The position numbers and the translations under genes are program-made. Positions 26,045 to 35,067 of a stretch of 64,000 bases of DNA are shown one piece after another. The stretch comes from an uncultured virus (IMG/VR IMGVR_UViG_3300037195_001681). Lineage: Duplodnaviria; Heunggongvirae; Uroviricota; Caudoviricetes; Schitoviridae. Numbering within the stretch: position 1 is the stretch's first letter; every line of letters starts with the position of its first letter. The stretch spans positions 1 through 64,000 of IMG/VR virus record IMGVR_UViG_3300037195_001681; one strand, written 5' to 3'. The notes under the pieces were generated by a model. That model ran no database searches, was not told the origin of the DNA, and was given only the letters and a program-made list of their open reading frames with translations.

Positions 26045-26979
26045 AGCGGAACGATCTCCTTCTCTGCGAGCTGCACGACGGCCTTGTTCCAGGGGGCACC
26101 CTGATATGTCACATGGTATCCCTGACAGTAGGTCCGGCCGCGCTTGTCGTATTTGTGAGTGAGGTAGAACTCATTGGATCCGGATACGCCTTCGTAATCG
26201 GAAACGATCATGGAAATAACTTCCATCGCGGTGCGATCGTATTTCTCGAAAGCGCGAACGCGCTTCTCGAAGTCGGCCCGGGTCTCACCGGGCTTGGGCT
26301 TGTCGAGGCTCCGCCAACGGTTCTTGATCATGAATGCGGTGTCGCCGTCGATCGAGAATCGAACGGCGTTCATCCGGTTGAGATGATCGAGACAGACGTC
26401 GCCATCGTGGTGGTTGTCCCTGAGGATCACCGATCCGCCGTTTCCGTCGGAGGTGAGCACGAAAGCAGAGTCGGTATTTCGACGAAGCTTCCGGGGACGG
26501 GTGACCATCGGCAGAGGAAACTGAAATTTCTCCAGTTCCATCTTGGTTTCTTCCGATATGTCATGACGGATAATCAGATGACCGGCACCACCAGCAGATG
26601 TAGGGTCCCAGTCACAGACATCATGCTCGACACAGAGTTTGAGCTGATCGGCGATCGCCTGGAGGTCCTGAAGATGTTGCTTCTTCGGATTGACGTGCCG
26701 GCGCAGGATGCCGACCATCGTGGAGATGGTCGTACGCTTGTGGAGCACGAGCTGGACCATCACATCGAGACCAAGATCAACGTCGATGTTCCTGGCTTCG
26801 AGATAGGCGACCACGTCGGGGCCGCCCTGTTCCTTGGCCGAGAGGAACTCGTGCCGGATGCGGGAGAGCAGCTGGTTCTTGTTGTGGAGAATCTCCAACT
26901 GGACCTGGAGGCCCAACCGGGGATCATCTTCGATTCGTTGCTCCAATTTCTGAGAGATGCGTTTGCTGATGTGGTTCAC
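26041..26979 (-). CDS. RNA polymerase II subunit 1 (N4 gp15-like)
   Basis: FQFPLPMV, DVCLDHLNRMN, FYLTHKYDKRGRTYCQGYHVTYQG..WNKAVV; GTG start after AGGAG. Confidence 0.95.
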   Translation of the reverse strand: MNHISKRISQKLEQRIEDDPRLGLQVQLEILHNKNQLLSRIRHEFLSAKEQGGPDVVAYLEARNIDVDLGLDVMVQLVLHKRTTISTMVGILRRHVNPKKQHLQDLQAIADQLKLCVEHDVCDWDPTSAGGAGHLIIRHDISEETKMELEKFQFPLPMVTRPRKLRRNTDSAFVLTSDGNGGSVILRDNHHDGDVCLDHLNRMNAVRFSIDGDTAFMIKNRWRSLDKPKPGETRADFEKRVRAFEKYDRTAMEVISMIVSDYEGVSGSNEFYLTHKYDKRGRTYCQGYHVTYQGAPWNKAVVQLAEKEIVPL

Positions 26980-27197
26980 GTTTCTTCTCCTGAAGTTAAT
27001 TCGAACTTGCACTCGTCATACTCACGGAAGATCCGTTCGATTTCGGTGCGGTTCTTGAGGACGGTGGCAGCGAGGCTGGGAGCCATACTTTCGGCGGATC
27101 CAAAGATCTTACGGGCAATCTCGGACTGAGTTGCCTGTTCGAGACTCTTATGGAGACCTCCTTTTTCGTCTTCGAATGCTTGGACAGCTTTGGGCAT
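26976..27197 (-). CDS. Hypothetical protein
   Basis: Overlapping starts/stops with both neighbours. Confidence 0.6.
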   Translation of the reverse strand: MPKAVQAFEDEKGGLHKSLEQATQSEIARKIFGSAESMAPSLAATVLKNRTEIERIFREYDECKFELTSGEET

Positions 27198-27385
27198 CAG
27201 ATGACTCCTTGATACATCGCGAGAATGAGAAAGATCATCACTCCACGCGCGATATTCGGTCTCGGGACTTCGTCTTCAAAGCCCAGAGCTGGGATGAATG
27301 TTGTGATGAAGATCACGATCAGGATGATGATTCCGATCAAGCTGATAAGGCTGAAGATCGGATTGGGCTGATAGAGCTCGTACAT
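27197..27385 (-). CDS. Small two-TM membrane protein
   Basis: Two hydrophobic stretches; TGATG coupling. Confidence 0.6.
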   Translation of the reverse strand: MYELYQPNPIFSLISLIGIIILIVIFITTFIPALGFEDEVPRPNIARGVMIFLILAMYQGVI

Positions 27386-27837
27386 CAGTAATTCCCCCAG
27401 AATCGGTGGCTGAGCTTACCCAGCCAGGGTTGCCAGTGATTGTCGAAGAAGCAGTTGGGTGGAGCGTCTTCGAACATCGGAGCGATGTCCTCGTCCTTGA
27501 GTCCCGCAAGACCACATCCGATACGAGTGACCTGGAAGGCCATTTCGGGATGCTCTTCGGCGAACTTGATAAAGTCGCGCACGTATCGCTCGATTGTGGT
27601 GAGATCGAGTGTGTTGCCTACGTGAACGCGCTTGTGGCCACCTCTACCTTTCAATTTCTGAGTGAAGTGCCCCTTGGTCGGGATCGCGTAGGATTGACCA
27701 ATATGACCATATCCGACGCCTGGCTTGGCGCCACGTTGCTGTCGAGCGAACAGAGCTGCTCCGGCTCCATGGATGCCACCGGTGTTTGATCCGAAGACGA
27801 ATATCATGTCTTCGGTAGATGGAACTGGTGTTGTCAC
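27385..27837 (-). CDS. A1S_2505-family phage protein (macro-like fold)
   Basis: IFVFGSN..GIHGAGAA..A, G.SYAIPTK, FQVTRIGCGLAG..DEDIAPMF. Confidence 0.8.
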   Translation of the reverse strand: MTTPVPSTEDMIFVFGSNTGGIHGAGAALFARQQRGAKPGVGYGHIGQSYAIPTKGHFTQKLKGRGGHKRVHVGNTLDLTTIERYVRDFIKFAEEHPEMAFQVTRIGCGLAGLKDEDIAPMFEDAPPNCFFDNHWQPWLGKLSHRFWGNY

Positions 27838-27851
27838 GGTAGTTACTCCTT

Positions 27852-28166
27852 TTATTTGATAGAAGACCACTTATCGAGAATGATCTCGGAACAAGGATTA
27901 CCAAAATCACGAATTATTCTCTGAAATGGTGTTAATTCAGGTTTCACATATCCAGGACGAATGTCATTGGGTTCGAGTCCCATCATGGCGATGGTCTCTT
28001 CAGCACGCTTGATTGCGTGCCAAGTTGCAGCACGACCCCAACGACGGTACATCCGAAAGAGATAGCGGTCGGACTCGTCGTTGATGTGCCGGCCGAGATG
28101 CTTCATCGCCAGCTGGTCGATATCCATCTGGCTTAGAGGGATTTTCTCGTCTTTCTTCTGGTTCAC
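27852..28166 (-). CDS. Hypothetical protein
   Basis: Contiguous packing in the early/middle cluster. Confidence 0.5.
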   Translation of the reverse strand: MNQKKDEKIPLSQMDIDQLAMKHLGRHINDESDRYLFRMYRRWGRAATWHAIKRAEETIAMMGLEPNDIRPGYVKPELTPFQRIIRDFGNPCSEIILDKWSSIK

Positions 28167-28462
28167 TTGAATCTTCCCTTGCGGTGATCTTTTGTGGGAT
28201 CGAGATCGAGGTAGCTCTTGTCGTCGTAGAACTTGGACTGTTTGGTATTATCCTTAGTTTCTTCGAGACGTTCCATTCCTGACCAGATACAAGCCCGTTT
28301 ATTATCGGGATCGCACATGACCAGGGTGGAGGCGAGCTGTCTCACTGCTTCGAGAGAAGGTGTTCGACCGAATCGCTTGGAGAGCGTCTTGAAGTCGAGT
28401 TTGTCGACGAGATAGGCGAAGGCCATATCGTCGATCGACATATCATCCAGGTTCGTGCTCAT
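28163..28462 (-). CDS. Hypothetical protein (similar in pattern to 27852-28166)
   Basis: ATG at 28462 after GGAG; 'MSIDDMA..L..RFGR..EAV' echoes 'MDIDQLA..RWGR..HAI' in the next gene. Confidence 0.5.
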   Translation of the reverse strand: MSTNLDDMSIDDMAFAYLVDKLDFKTLSKRFGRTPSLEAVRQLASTLVMCDPDNKRACIWSGMERLEETKDNTKQSKFYDDKSYLDLDPTKDHRKGRFK

Positions 28463-28706
28463 CGGAGCTCTCCTGGATTTCGGCATCTTCGATCTGGATC
28501 TCGATGAGGCTGGCCGAATCTTCGCAATCCATGCAGGCGCCATCGTCGAAGACGGTTGCGAGGACCCATTTCTGTTTCTCGATGTCCCATTCGACATAGG
28601 CATCGCGACGGACATCGAAGCTGCCGCATTTTGAGCAAGCGATTCTGATTGGCTTTTCGCCGTTGTGATCCCACTTGCGTTTGTCAGGTTCAATTTCTGT
28701 TTTCAC
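28443..28706 (-). CDS. Zn-ribbon protein
   Basis: CSKCGS.DV..DA..EWD...Q.W.L......CMDC. Confidence 0.65.
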   Translation of the reverse strand: MKTEIEPDKRKWDHNGEKPIRIACSKCGSFDVRRDAYVEWDIEKQKWVLATVFDDGACMDCEDSASLIEIQIEDAEIQESSDEHEPG

Positions 28707-28720
28707 GAGATTAACTCCTT

Positions 28721-29236
28721 TTATTCAGAACCGAGATCGCGAGGATTTTTCCGAGCCGGAGGCGTCGGAAAAAGACGAGTTTTCTCCTCTGGATCAGAGG
28801 GAAAATAAGGATCAGGTGAGATCCATCGTCTTCGCATATCGTATCGGTCGAAGTCTTCCCAGGTGGGAGGATTTGGATGAGGATGCTGAGCTCTGGGACC
28901 TTCAGGATGGTGACGAAGCGTCATCTCCAGCTTGCGGAGCATAGAGCTCTCTTCGAGTACCTGATCGTGTTTTCGAGCAAGCTCACCTCGAATATCCATC
29001 ATCTGATAGAGATTGATTCCGAAGGTGATGTGCTGTCGTTCGTAAATGAGAACGATCTCGAATGGATCATCGAGATCGAAAATGGGTGCCACGACCAGCA
29101 AATTACGGCTGAGCACTTGCTTGAAGACGTGCAAATTATTGTGGATCCAGGCTTTGCCTTGCTTGTCCGAATCACAGAGCAATGCCCATCTATCGAGCTG
29201 AGCTTTGGGGCTCTTCCTCACTGGTTCAAAAGGCAT
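28721..29236 (-). CDS. Hypothetical protein
   Basis: First gene after an AT-rich intergenic region; AGGAGG RBS. Confidence 0.6.
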   Translation of the reverse strand: MPFEPVRKSPKAQLDRWALLCDSDKQGKAWIHNNLHVFKQVLSRNLLVVAPIFDLDDPFEIVLIYERQHITFGINLYQMMDIRGELARKHDQVLEESSMLRKLEMTLRHHPEGPRAQHPHPNPPTWEDFDRYDMRRRWISPDPYFPSDPEEKTRLFPTPPARKNPRDLGSE

Positions 29237-29549
29237 TTCACGATACCTCCTCCTGTGATGAAATCTGATTAAATTAGGTTATTGGGTGGTCTTAGTCGAA
29301 AGTTGATAAAAGTAGAAACCTGGCTCTAAGCCATTCTACTTTCGAGTTAGATCATGTAGAGATAAATTGATATCTATCGGGTAGAAAAATGAACCCCGCG
29401 CCGACCAGTACCAGCCCTGTGGCAACCCCGAAATGGGGTGGCGAAGGGAGGTGTGTGGTCAGACACGGGGTGCATTTGGGGATCAAGAGCAACCCAACTG
29501 GAGGGAGAGGAGTCCAGCGGGTTACTCAAGATATGCCGAATTGTTGAAC

Positions 29550-29999
29550 TTATTCGGCGGTCTGGGCGGCAGCCTGCGCCGGAGCGAAGTTCAGCTGCGC
29601 GGCGTAGCGATTGTCTTCGCCGGCCGAAGCAGCTTCACGTTCGTCCGAGACGCGACGGATCTGGATCGACAGGCCGCCGGCGACGCCGATGACGATGTCT
29701 TCGCCCGGAGCGAGCTTCTCGGCTTCAGCGATCAGCTGAGCCTTGAGGTCGTTGCGGGCCGCCATGAACTGCGCGTAATCGCGGTTGTTCTGGTTGGTCG
29801 GCAGATCTTCCATGTTGTCGAGCGGAATGCCGAGCGGCAGCGACACGAAACGGTCCGAGCCGTCTTCGTTCACGCCTTCGACGACGTAGCCAACGTTCAG
29901 CCAGAACTGGGCCTTGGGCAGATCGCCGTTACCGCGAGGAGCGGTGCGGGGCGAAGTCGAGGTGCCATTCTGGGCGCCGAAAGTCTTGGAAAAGTCCAT
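29550..29999 (-). CDS. N4 gp2/Drc-like ssDNA-binding RNAP II cofactor
   Basis: PKAQFWLNVGY, FVSLPLGIPLD, ARNDL...L.PGE, IQIRRV; preceded by a hairpin promoter. Confidence 0.9.
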   Translation of the reverse strand: MDFSKTFGAQNGTSTSPRTAPRGNGDLPKAQFWLNVGYVVEGVNEDGSDRFVSLPLGIPLDNMEDLPTNQNNRDYAQFMAARNDLKAQLIAEAEKLAPGEDIVIGVAGGLSIQIRRVSDEREAASAGEDNRYAAQLNFAPAQAAAQTAE

Positions 30000-30108
30000 G
30001 ATATATATCCTTTGTCTTGGTTGAGTTAAAATGCAGGGCTTCTCACCCCTGCTGTACCGTTTGAGCTGCTCAGAACGCCGTTCCGTCACTGAGCGGGCGT
30101 AGACCCCA

Positions 30109-30130
30109 TTCAAAAGGCGCGGAGCGCCTT
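30109..30130 (-). promoter_or_regulatory. N4-type virion-RNAP early hairpin promoter (for gp2)
   Basis: Template (+) strand TTC-AA-AAGGCGC-GGA-GCGCCTT: GGA triloop closed by C-G, as in N4 early promoters. Confidence 0.85.
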
Positions 30131-30146
30131 GAGAAAACGAGAGACG

Positions 30147-30350
30147 TCAGAGGAAGCAATCGCGATTATATGGACGATCGCCGTGCCATCGACGAATGAT
30201 GCGAATGTTCTTGAAATGGGTGCAAGTGCCCCATGCCATGAAGAGAACGCCAGCAATCTGGAGTTCGATAGCGTTGTTGAAGTGATAACCTGCAAGAAGC
30301 AGGACCAAGCCCACGAGCATGGGCAGGATCGGGAGTCGGAAGGTGTACAT
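30147..30350 (-). CDS. Small membrane protein
   Basis: MYTFRLPILPMLVGLVLLLAG..., two hydrophobic segments. Confidence 0.5.
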   Translation of the reverse strand: MYTFRLPILPMLVGLVLLLAGYHFNNAIELQIAGVLFMAWGTCTHFKNIRIIRRWHGDRPYNRDCFL

Positions 30351-30366
30351 AATATTCAACCTTTCT

Positions 30367-30594
30367 TTATGATCTTTGGGGATCGAAGTTGGAAGAATTA
30401 GTGGAATTGTTGGAAATGCCCAGCTTTCGTCGGGCGTTTTCAACCATGTGCCAATGCCTGAGCATGGTCTCCACGAACTCAGGGTTCGGATTGCTGAGAG
30501 CAAGATAGTCCATGACCCGCTGGTCTTCCGATTTCGGAGGAACCAGCGAAGCGATAGGACGATCATTGCGCTCGAATTGGATCGGTTTGGTCAT
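30367..30594 (-). CDS. Hypothetical protein
   Basis: AAGGA RBS; packing. Confidence 0.45.
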   Translation of the reverse strand: MTKPIQFERNDRPIASLVPPKSEDQRVMDYLALSNPNPEFVETMLRHWHMVENARRKLGISNNSTNSSNFDPQRS

Positions 30595-31132
30595 GTTGAT
30601 GATCCTTCAGCTGCTCAGGACTGGAATGAGGCTGACGTCCCTGAGGTACATTGCCTTTGGCACGCATCCGATCGAGCGATTCCCTGATCTTGCGAGTATG
30701 GAAGGCACGATTGGCATCGGTGGTGAAGGGAGCGACGGGTTTACGGCCGTAATCGACGATGTCGTAGCCGTGTTGCTCCAGAGCGTAGAGACAGTCCCTG
30801 AAGTGGTCGATCTCTTCGGGAGGTAGACCGTCGAGGATGAGTAGGTTCCTGAGGTTCTGGAATGAGGCGGTTTCGAACGGATAGTCCCGTTCTTCTACCT
30901 CTGGTTCCTCTTCATCACTCCAGTCGTAGGACGACCGGAGATGAAGGGCCATTGCAAGAGCAGTGCTGCCGATCCCGAGGATGCAGATGCCCTGCACGAT
31001 ACGCAGGCCAAGATGACCTGCTGTGAGGAGTTCTCCGATCTCGTTGTGCTGAATTCCCACCAGCACGAAGATGATGGTGAATGCGAGGAATGTAGCGAGG
31101 AGCTGGAGTTCTGTCAGGGTGTTCTTGTTCAC
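30563..31132 (-). CDS. Early membrane protein (two N-terminal TM segments)
   Basis: AAGGAG RBS before GTG; two hydrophobic helices. Confidence 0.6.
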   Translation of the reverse strand: MNKNTLTELQLLATFLAFTIIFVLVGIQHNEIGELLTAGHLGLRIVQGICILGIGSTALAMALHLRSSYDWSDEEEPEVEERDYPFETASFQNLRNLLILDGLPPEEIDHFRDCLYALEQHGYDIVDYGRKPVAPFTTDANRAFHTRKIRESLDRMRAKGNVPQGRQPHSSPEQLKDHQHDQTDPIRAQ

Positions 31133-31326
31133 GGATATTCTCCTTTCAACATATACTGAGTTTAAGGTAGGAATTTTGGATTGAGGAATATTCCTAAAGA
31201 GACGGAATTTTGTCCATCTAAGTAGGAATATTCCCTGATGTGTATAAAGGAATTTCTATCGGATAAATTGAAGTGAGTAAGGGATTTCTCCCCTACTCAC
31301 TCCTTAGGAAGGACTTATTCCTGACG

Positions 31327-31674
31327 TTAGTCTGCGGAATTTTCCTTGATGTCCTTGTCATGTTTTTCGAAAGCAGCGTTTAATTTCTGCTCGAAGGCGT
31401 TGAAGGACTTCTGTTTCTCTTCATCGTTGCCGATGTAGGTCCGGATGGTTTCTTCACGCTTGACCTGATCCAGAGCGGAATCTTGGATGAGGTTGTTACG
31501 GAAGGTGATCATCTCGACGATCGTGGTTTCTTTGCGCTTGCGACGCGCAGTGGTGACCATATCGTTGAGGATGCCCATGGATCCAGAGATGGTATTGGCT
31601 GCCGAGGATACTGCTCCTGCGGTATCGGTGACGACGCCGAGAACAGATCCAGTAGCGGTACGAAGGGTAGCCAT
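31327..31674 (-). CDS. N4-like gp1 early protein
   Basis: MATLRTATGSVLGVVTDTAGAVS... pattern; AGGAG RBS; preceded by a hairpin promoter. Confidence 0.75.
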   Translation of the reverse strand: MATLRTATGSVLGVVTDTAGAVSSAANTISGSMGILNDMVTTARRKRKETTIVEMITFRNNLIQDSALDQVKREETIRTYIGNDEEKQKSFNAFEQKLNAAFEKHDKDIKENSAD

Positions 31675-31742
31675 AGTGTGTACTCCTAGTTGTATTGACG
31701 GCGTGATTGCCGCCAAGAGAAAGGATGATGATGCGCTGATGA

Positions 31743-31761
31743 TCCAGTAAGCGCGGAGCGC
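31743..31761 (-). promoter_or_regulatory. N4-type virion-RNAP early hairpin promoter (for gp1)
   Basis: Template (+) strand TCC-AGTAA-GCGC-GGA-GCGC. Confidence 0.8.
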
Positions 31762-31904
31762 AGAGCACATAACGAGGGGGTACCCAGTGTGTTATGACAG
31801 TGTTGCACCCGGGGGGGTGCTTGTGTTGCGGTGGACCGCATGTGTTAAATACTGCTGTCAAACTTCACTATCACCATCAGAAAAACCTGAAAATATATGC
31901 AGAA

Positions 31905-32351
31905 TCATCTGCTACATATTTTTTGGACTTTCTCTATGGTTTCTTCGATTAAGTCCTTGGTCCAAGTGCGTGATGCTGGGTGCATGATTTTCATGACCTG
32001 GACAGTGTTCGGCTCCTTAAATCCTAGCTGATCGAAGGTCTTCTGAGCCACCTTGCCGCAGACCAATATCAGGTCGATTGGTTTCTCATCGTGGAGGATC
32101 TGAAGATTTTCTTTCAGCCATTCAGGATTGGGAGTTCCATGTCCCCGGGCTGATTGAGCAAGTTCTCGGCATGAGTTGGTGACAAGGAGCTCATGATCTC
32201 CAGCGAATCGGTACAGGCGTTTACCGCTATGATTTTCAGGATTGATTTGGAAATATCGGGGAGCTTCTCTCAAATATCCTGCGTTGCTGGTTCGCTGGCG
32301 CCAGTCCCACATGGTATCGAGAACGGCGATGATCCTTTTTCGATTATTCAT
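31905..32351 (-). CDS. Uracil-DNA glycosylase-fold protein (divergent)
   Basis: SGKRL, LVTN, DLILVCGKVA, HPASR motifs in UDG-superfamily order. Confidence 0.6.
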   Translation of the reverse strand: MNNRKRIIAVLDTMWDWRQRTSNAGYLREAPRYFQINPENHSGKRLYRFAGDHELLVTNSCRELAQSARGHGTPNPEWLKENLQILHDEKPIDLILVCGKVAQKTFDQLGFKEPNTVQVMKIMHPASRTWTKDLIEETIEKVQKICSR

Positions 32352-32652
32352 CGTCTATCTTCGTCCATCTCCAATATCCCCGTTTATCAGGAATAGGTGC
32401 AATTCTGCCGGCTTTGCGTTCATATTGCAGGATCCGATCGGCAGCTCTCATGGCGATGGGATAGTTTCTGCCCCAAGGTCTCATTGTGTCCTTTCCATAT
32501 TCTGGAACACCTGCTGCAATAAGAGCTCTTCAAAGATCTTTCTGATGCCAAATCCCTATCATCACTGCATGGGCAGCTGCAATTTGGGCCTCAGTAATTT
32601 CGATACCAACCACAGAAAGTCTCTGCTTTTTCCTCTGGTTCGACGCAGTCAT
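32344..32652 (-). pseudogene. 102-codon gene with an in-frame TGA at codon 41 (32530-32532)
   Basis: Manual translation MTASNQ...HQKDL*RALIAAGVPEY...RAADRILQYERKAGRI...WRWTKIDDE; overlaps both neighbours like a real operon gene. Confidence 0.7.
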
Positions 32653-32960
32653 CGGGCGAGGCTCCTGATCTGGTGTTCCATACGGGGCCAGAAGAGTTCC
32701 TGACGGATCCAGTGGTCTTCGTTTTCCATCACTTCCCGGGCGATCTTGCGCTGGACCGCTCTTCCCAGGTGGGTAGGATTGATCGAGTTGGTCTCATCTC
32801 CGATGAGCATAAGGCGCCAGAGCACGCCGATCGTGGCGGAATTACCAAGCACCAGGCGTTCACAGACCATGCTGGCCTGTTGAGCTCTAGAGAGCACTCG
32901 AAGTGCGATCACTTCGAGAGCTTCGTCGAGAACATTATGGACCTGAGTATTTTGGGCCAT
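32649..32960 (-). CDS. Hypothetical protein
   Basis: ATG at 32960 after AGGA, downstream of a terminator-like hairpin. Confidence 0.55.
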   Translation of the reverse strand: MAQNTQVHNVLDEALEVIALRVLSRAQQASMVCERLVLGNSATIGVLWRLMLIGDETNSINPTHLGRAVQRKIAREVMENEDHWIRQELFWPRMEHQIRSLAR

Positions 32961-32991
32961 GATGAATATCCTGAAAAAGTTGATATATCCA

Positions 32992-33024
32992 AGAAAAAAC
33001 CCCGGATAATTGAATATCCGGGGT
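32992..33024 (-). terminator. Intrinsic terminator after nrdJ
   Basis: ACCCCGGATA/TATCCGGGGT stem followed by TTTTTCT on the minus strand. Confidence 0.75.
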
Positions 33025-33051
33025 CTCTTCATTTCAGCTTGATATATCCGA

Positions 33052-35067
33052 TCACCGGATGGGACAGGCGCCCGTGGCGCATTCGGCGTCCATCAGCTGA
33101 TCGTTATCGACAGCTTGAGGACCTTCCTGGTTATCCAGCTCGGCAGCCCAGTCGATTTCTTTGAGTTGACTGGTATAATCTTCGAAAGTTTTCTGATCGA
33201 CTACAGCCTGTGGAAGATAGGATGCTCCCAGATCGGCAGCAGTCTTGGTGGGATCAACACGGAACATCCACGACAGACCGACATAACTGTCCCAGTTCTT
33301 GAGCAGCCAGTCGATGATCGCCGGCACTTCTTCTGGAGCGTAGCTCACCGTCATGGACACGTTCTGGTCGCACCAGTTGTCCATGAGCAGCTTGTAGCGT
33401 TCCAGCTGGGCGATCGCCGGCTCGAAGTTGACGGGCGTTACGACACCTGTCTTGGGATCGGTGAAGTCCTCGAAATGGATCCCGTCGTTGAGGACGGGAA
33501 ATTTCACCAGAACCATGGTCTCTTCGGTCGGATGAGGTTTTACTTCGTAGCCATGATCTCGAAGCACCGGAACCATTGCTTCGCTACGTCCGAAGACGAT
33601 CGAGTTGAAGACGTACTTGCCGAGCGGCTTGTGAGCGCCTTCGCCAGGAGCATCGAGCACCTTGGAGACCGTGCCCGAGGGTTTCACACAGGTGACATTC
33701 TTCGGACGAGGCATACCGACTTCGTCAGCCATTCCCCATGCTCCCATCTGGGCTGCTGTCCGCATGGCCCGGTAATCGTGGGCCGTAAGATCGGGTCGAG
33801 CGACCACCGAAGTGATGCTCGTTCCACAGAGACGAAGGAATTCGTTGTTCTCGTGCCAGGTCCGCTGGAGGATACCATCGTCGAGGTTCACGAGCGTCTG
33901 GCGGTAATTGGCCCGGGCCGCGAGCTTGATCGCCGACAGCAGGTCGTCGAGGAAGTCGAACTGATGGACCGGGACTTCGAACAGGTTGCAGAAACCCTTG
34001 TCGGCCAAGAGGATCTCAACACAGGGATTGGCGGTACGAAACCACGGCGCCCTGCGAGCAGCTTCCTGGGCATTGATGAAGGCCGGTTCGTTTCCGCCAC
34101 TTTCCACGATGATCCCGAATATCTCTTCGAGACGGGCGCGAGTTGGTTTTTCGTCGAAGAGAATGGAATTATTCGATTGAGCTCGCTGAGACTTGGCCGG
34201 ATCGACCCAGCATCCATCCTTGAAACGAATGAAGTCGAGGATCTCGGGATCGCCTTCATCCATAAGGAGAATCTCGGCACCACGGCGACCCGTCTGGATC
34301 ACACCCAGGTGATTGAGGATGTCGGCGATGTCGAGCTTCCGGAGAAGCTGGCCGGCACGACGCGAGAGAATAGCTGCAATCTTCGGATATTCCCGAGCGA
34401 TCACCGTATCCCCGGCGCTCTTCCAGCCATAGCGTGAAAGCAGGCTGCCTTCGGGGCGCAGTTCGCTGAAGTCGAATACAAGTGTTTCAGCTGGATATTT
34501 GCCGGCCACAAGCTTGCCGATTGACTTCGCCCAGGCTTCGCCCGAATCACCAACCTTGATCGTCCAGGTGAGAGTTTCCGGATCCCAGGTCTCGACATTG
34601 TGCTCGACCCCGCCCTTCTCTTTCCGTTTCGAACGGATGACGCGAATATCCTTGATGGGTTTGGTGAAGCCGTTCAGGCAGCCGTCTTCGGGTTTCACAC
34701 CAATGCCGCATCCATTGAGCAGCAGCCAGAAGGCGTCGACGACATCGTACACGGTGCGAACGACATGACCGGAGCAGGCGAATTGGGAGAGTTCCCGGGT
34801 CTTGGCGATCTCGGTGCCACCAAGCCACATGATTCGTCCCGAGGGAATGAGCTTGCGATCGAGTGCGAGAGCGCGAAGCTGTTCGAGTTCGGCTTCCTGC
34901 TCTTCGGAAAGAGCATCCACCTTGAGAGCACGCTGCCAAAGCCAACGTTGGTGCGAGATGATCCGGTTGATCGTGTCGGCGAATGTCTCGTTGGAACCAT
35001 CTTCCTTCAGACGGGAATAGGTACGGCGATACACGGCTTGTGCCCGTGCAGACATCTGTAGACTCAT
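33052..35067 (-). CDS. nrdJ: Class II (adenosylcobalamin-dependent) ribonucleotide reductase
   Basis: RRTYSR, PSGRIMW, NPCVEI (thiyl Cys), CVKPSGTVSK, C-terminal CATGACPIR; no beta-subunit gene nearby. Confidence 0.92.
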   Translation of the reverse strand: MSLQMSARAQAVYRRTYSRLKEDGSNETFADTINRIISHQRWLWQRALKVDALSEEQEAELEQLRALALDRKLIPSGRIMWLGGTEIAKTRELSQFACSGHVVRTVYDVVDAFWLLLNGCGIGVKPEDGCLNGFTKPIKDIRVIRSKRKEKGGVEHNVETWDPETLTWTIKVGDSGEAWAKSIGKLVAGKYPAETLVFDFSELRPEGSLLSRYGWKSAGDTVIAREYPKIAAILSRRAGQLLRKLDIADILNHLGVIQTGRRGAEILLMDEGDPEILDFIRFKDGCWVDPAKSQRAQSNNSILFDEKPTRARLEEIFGIIVESGGNEPAFINAQEAARRAPWFRTANPCVEILLADKGFCNLFEVPVHQFDFLDDLLSAIKLAARANYRQTLVNLDDGILQRTWHENNEFLRLCGTSITSVVARPDLTAHDYRAMRTAAQMGAWGMADEVGMPRPKNVTCVKPSGTVSKVLDAPGEGAHKPLGKYVFNSIVFGRSEAMVPVLRDHGYEVKPHPTEETMVLVKFPVLNDGIHFEDFTDPKTGVVTPVNFEPAIAQLERYKLLMDNWCDQNVSMTVSYAPEEVPAIIDWLLKNWDSYVGLSWMFRVDPTKTAADLGASYLPQAVVDQKTFEDYTSQLKEIDWAAELDNQEGPQAVDNDQLMDAECATGACPIR

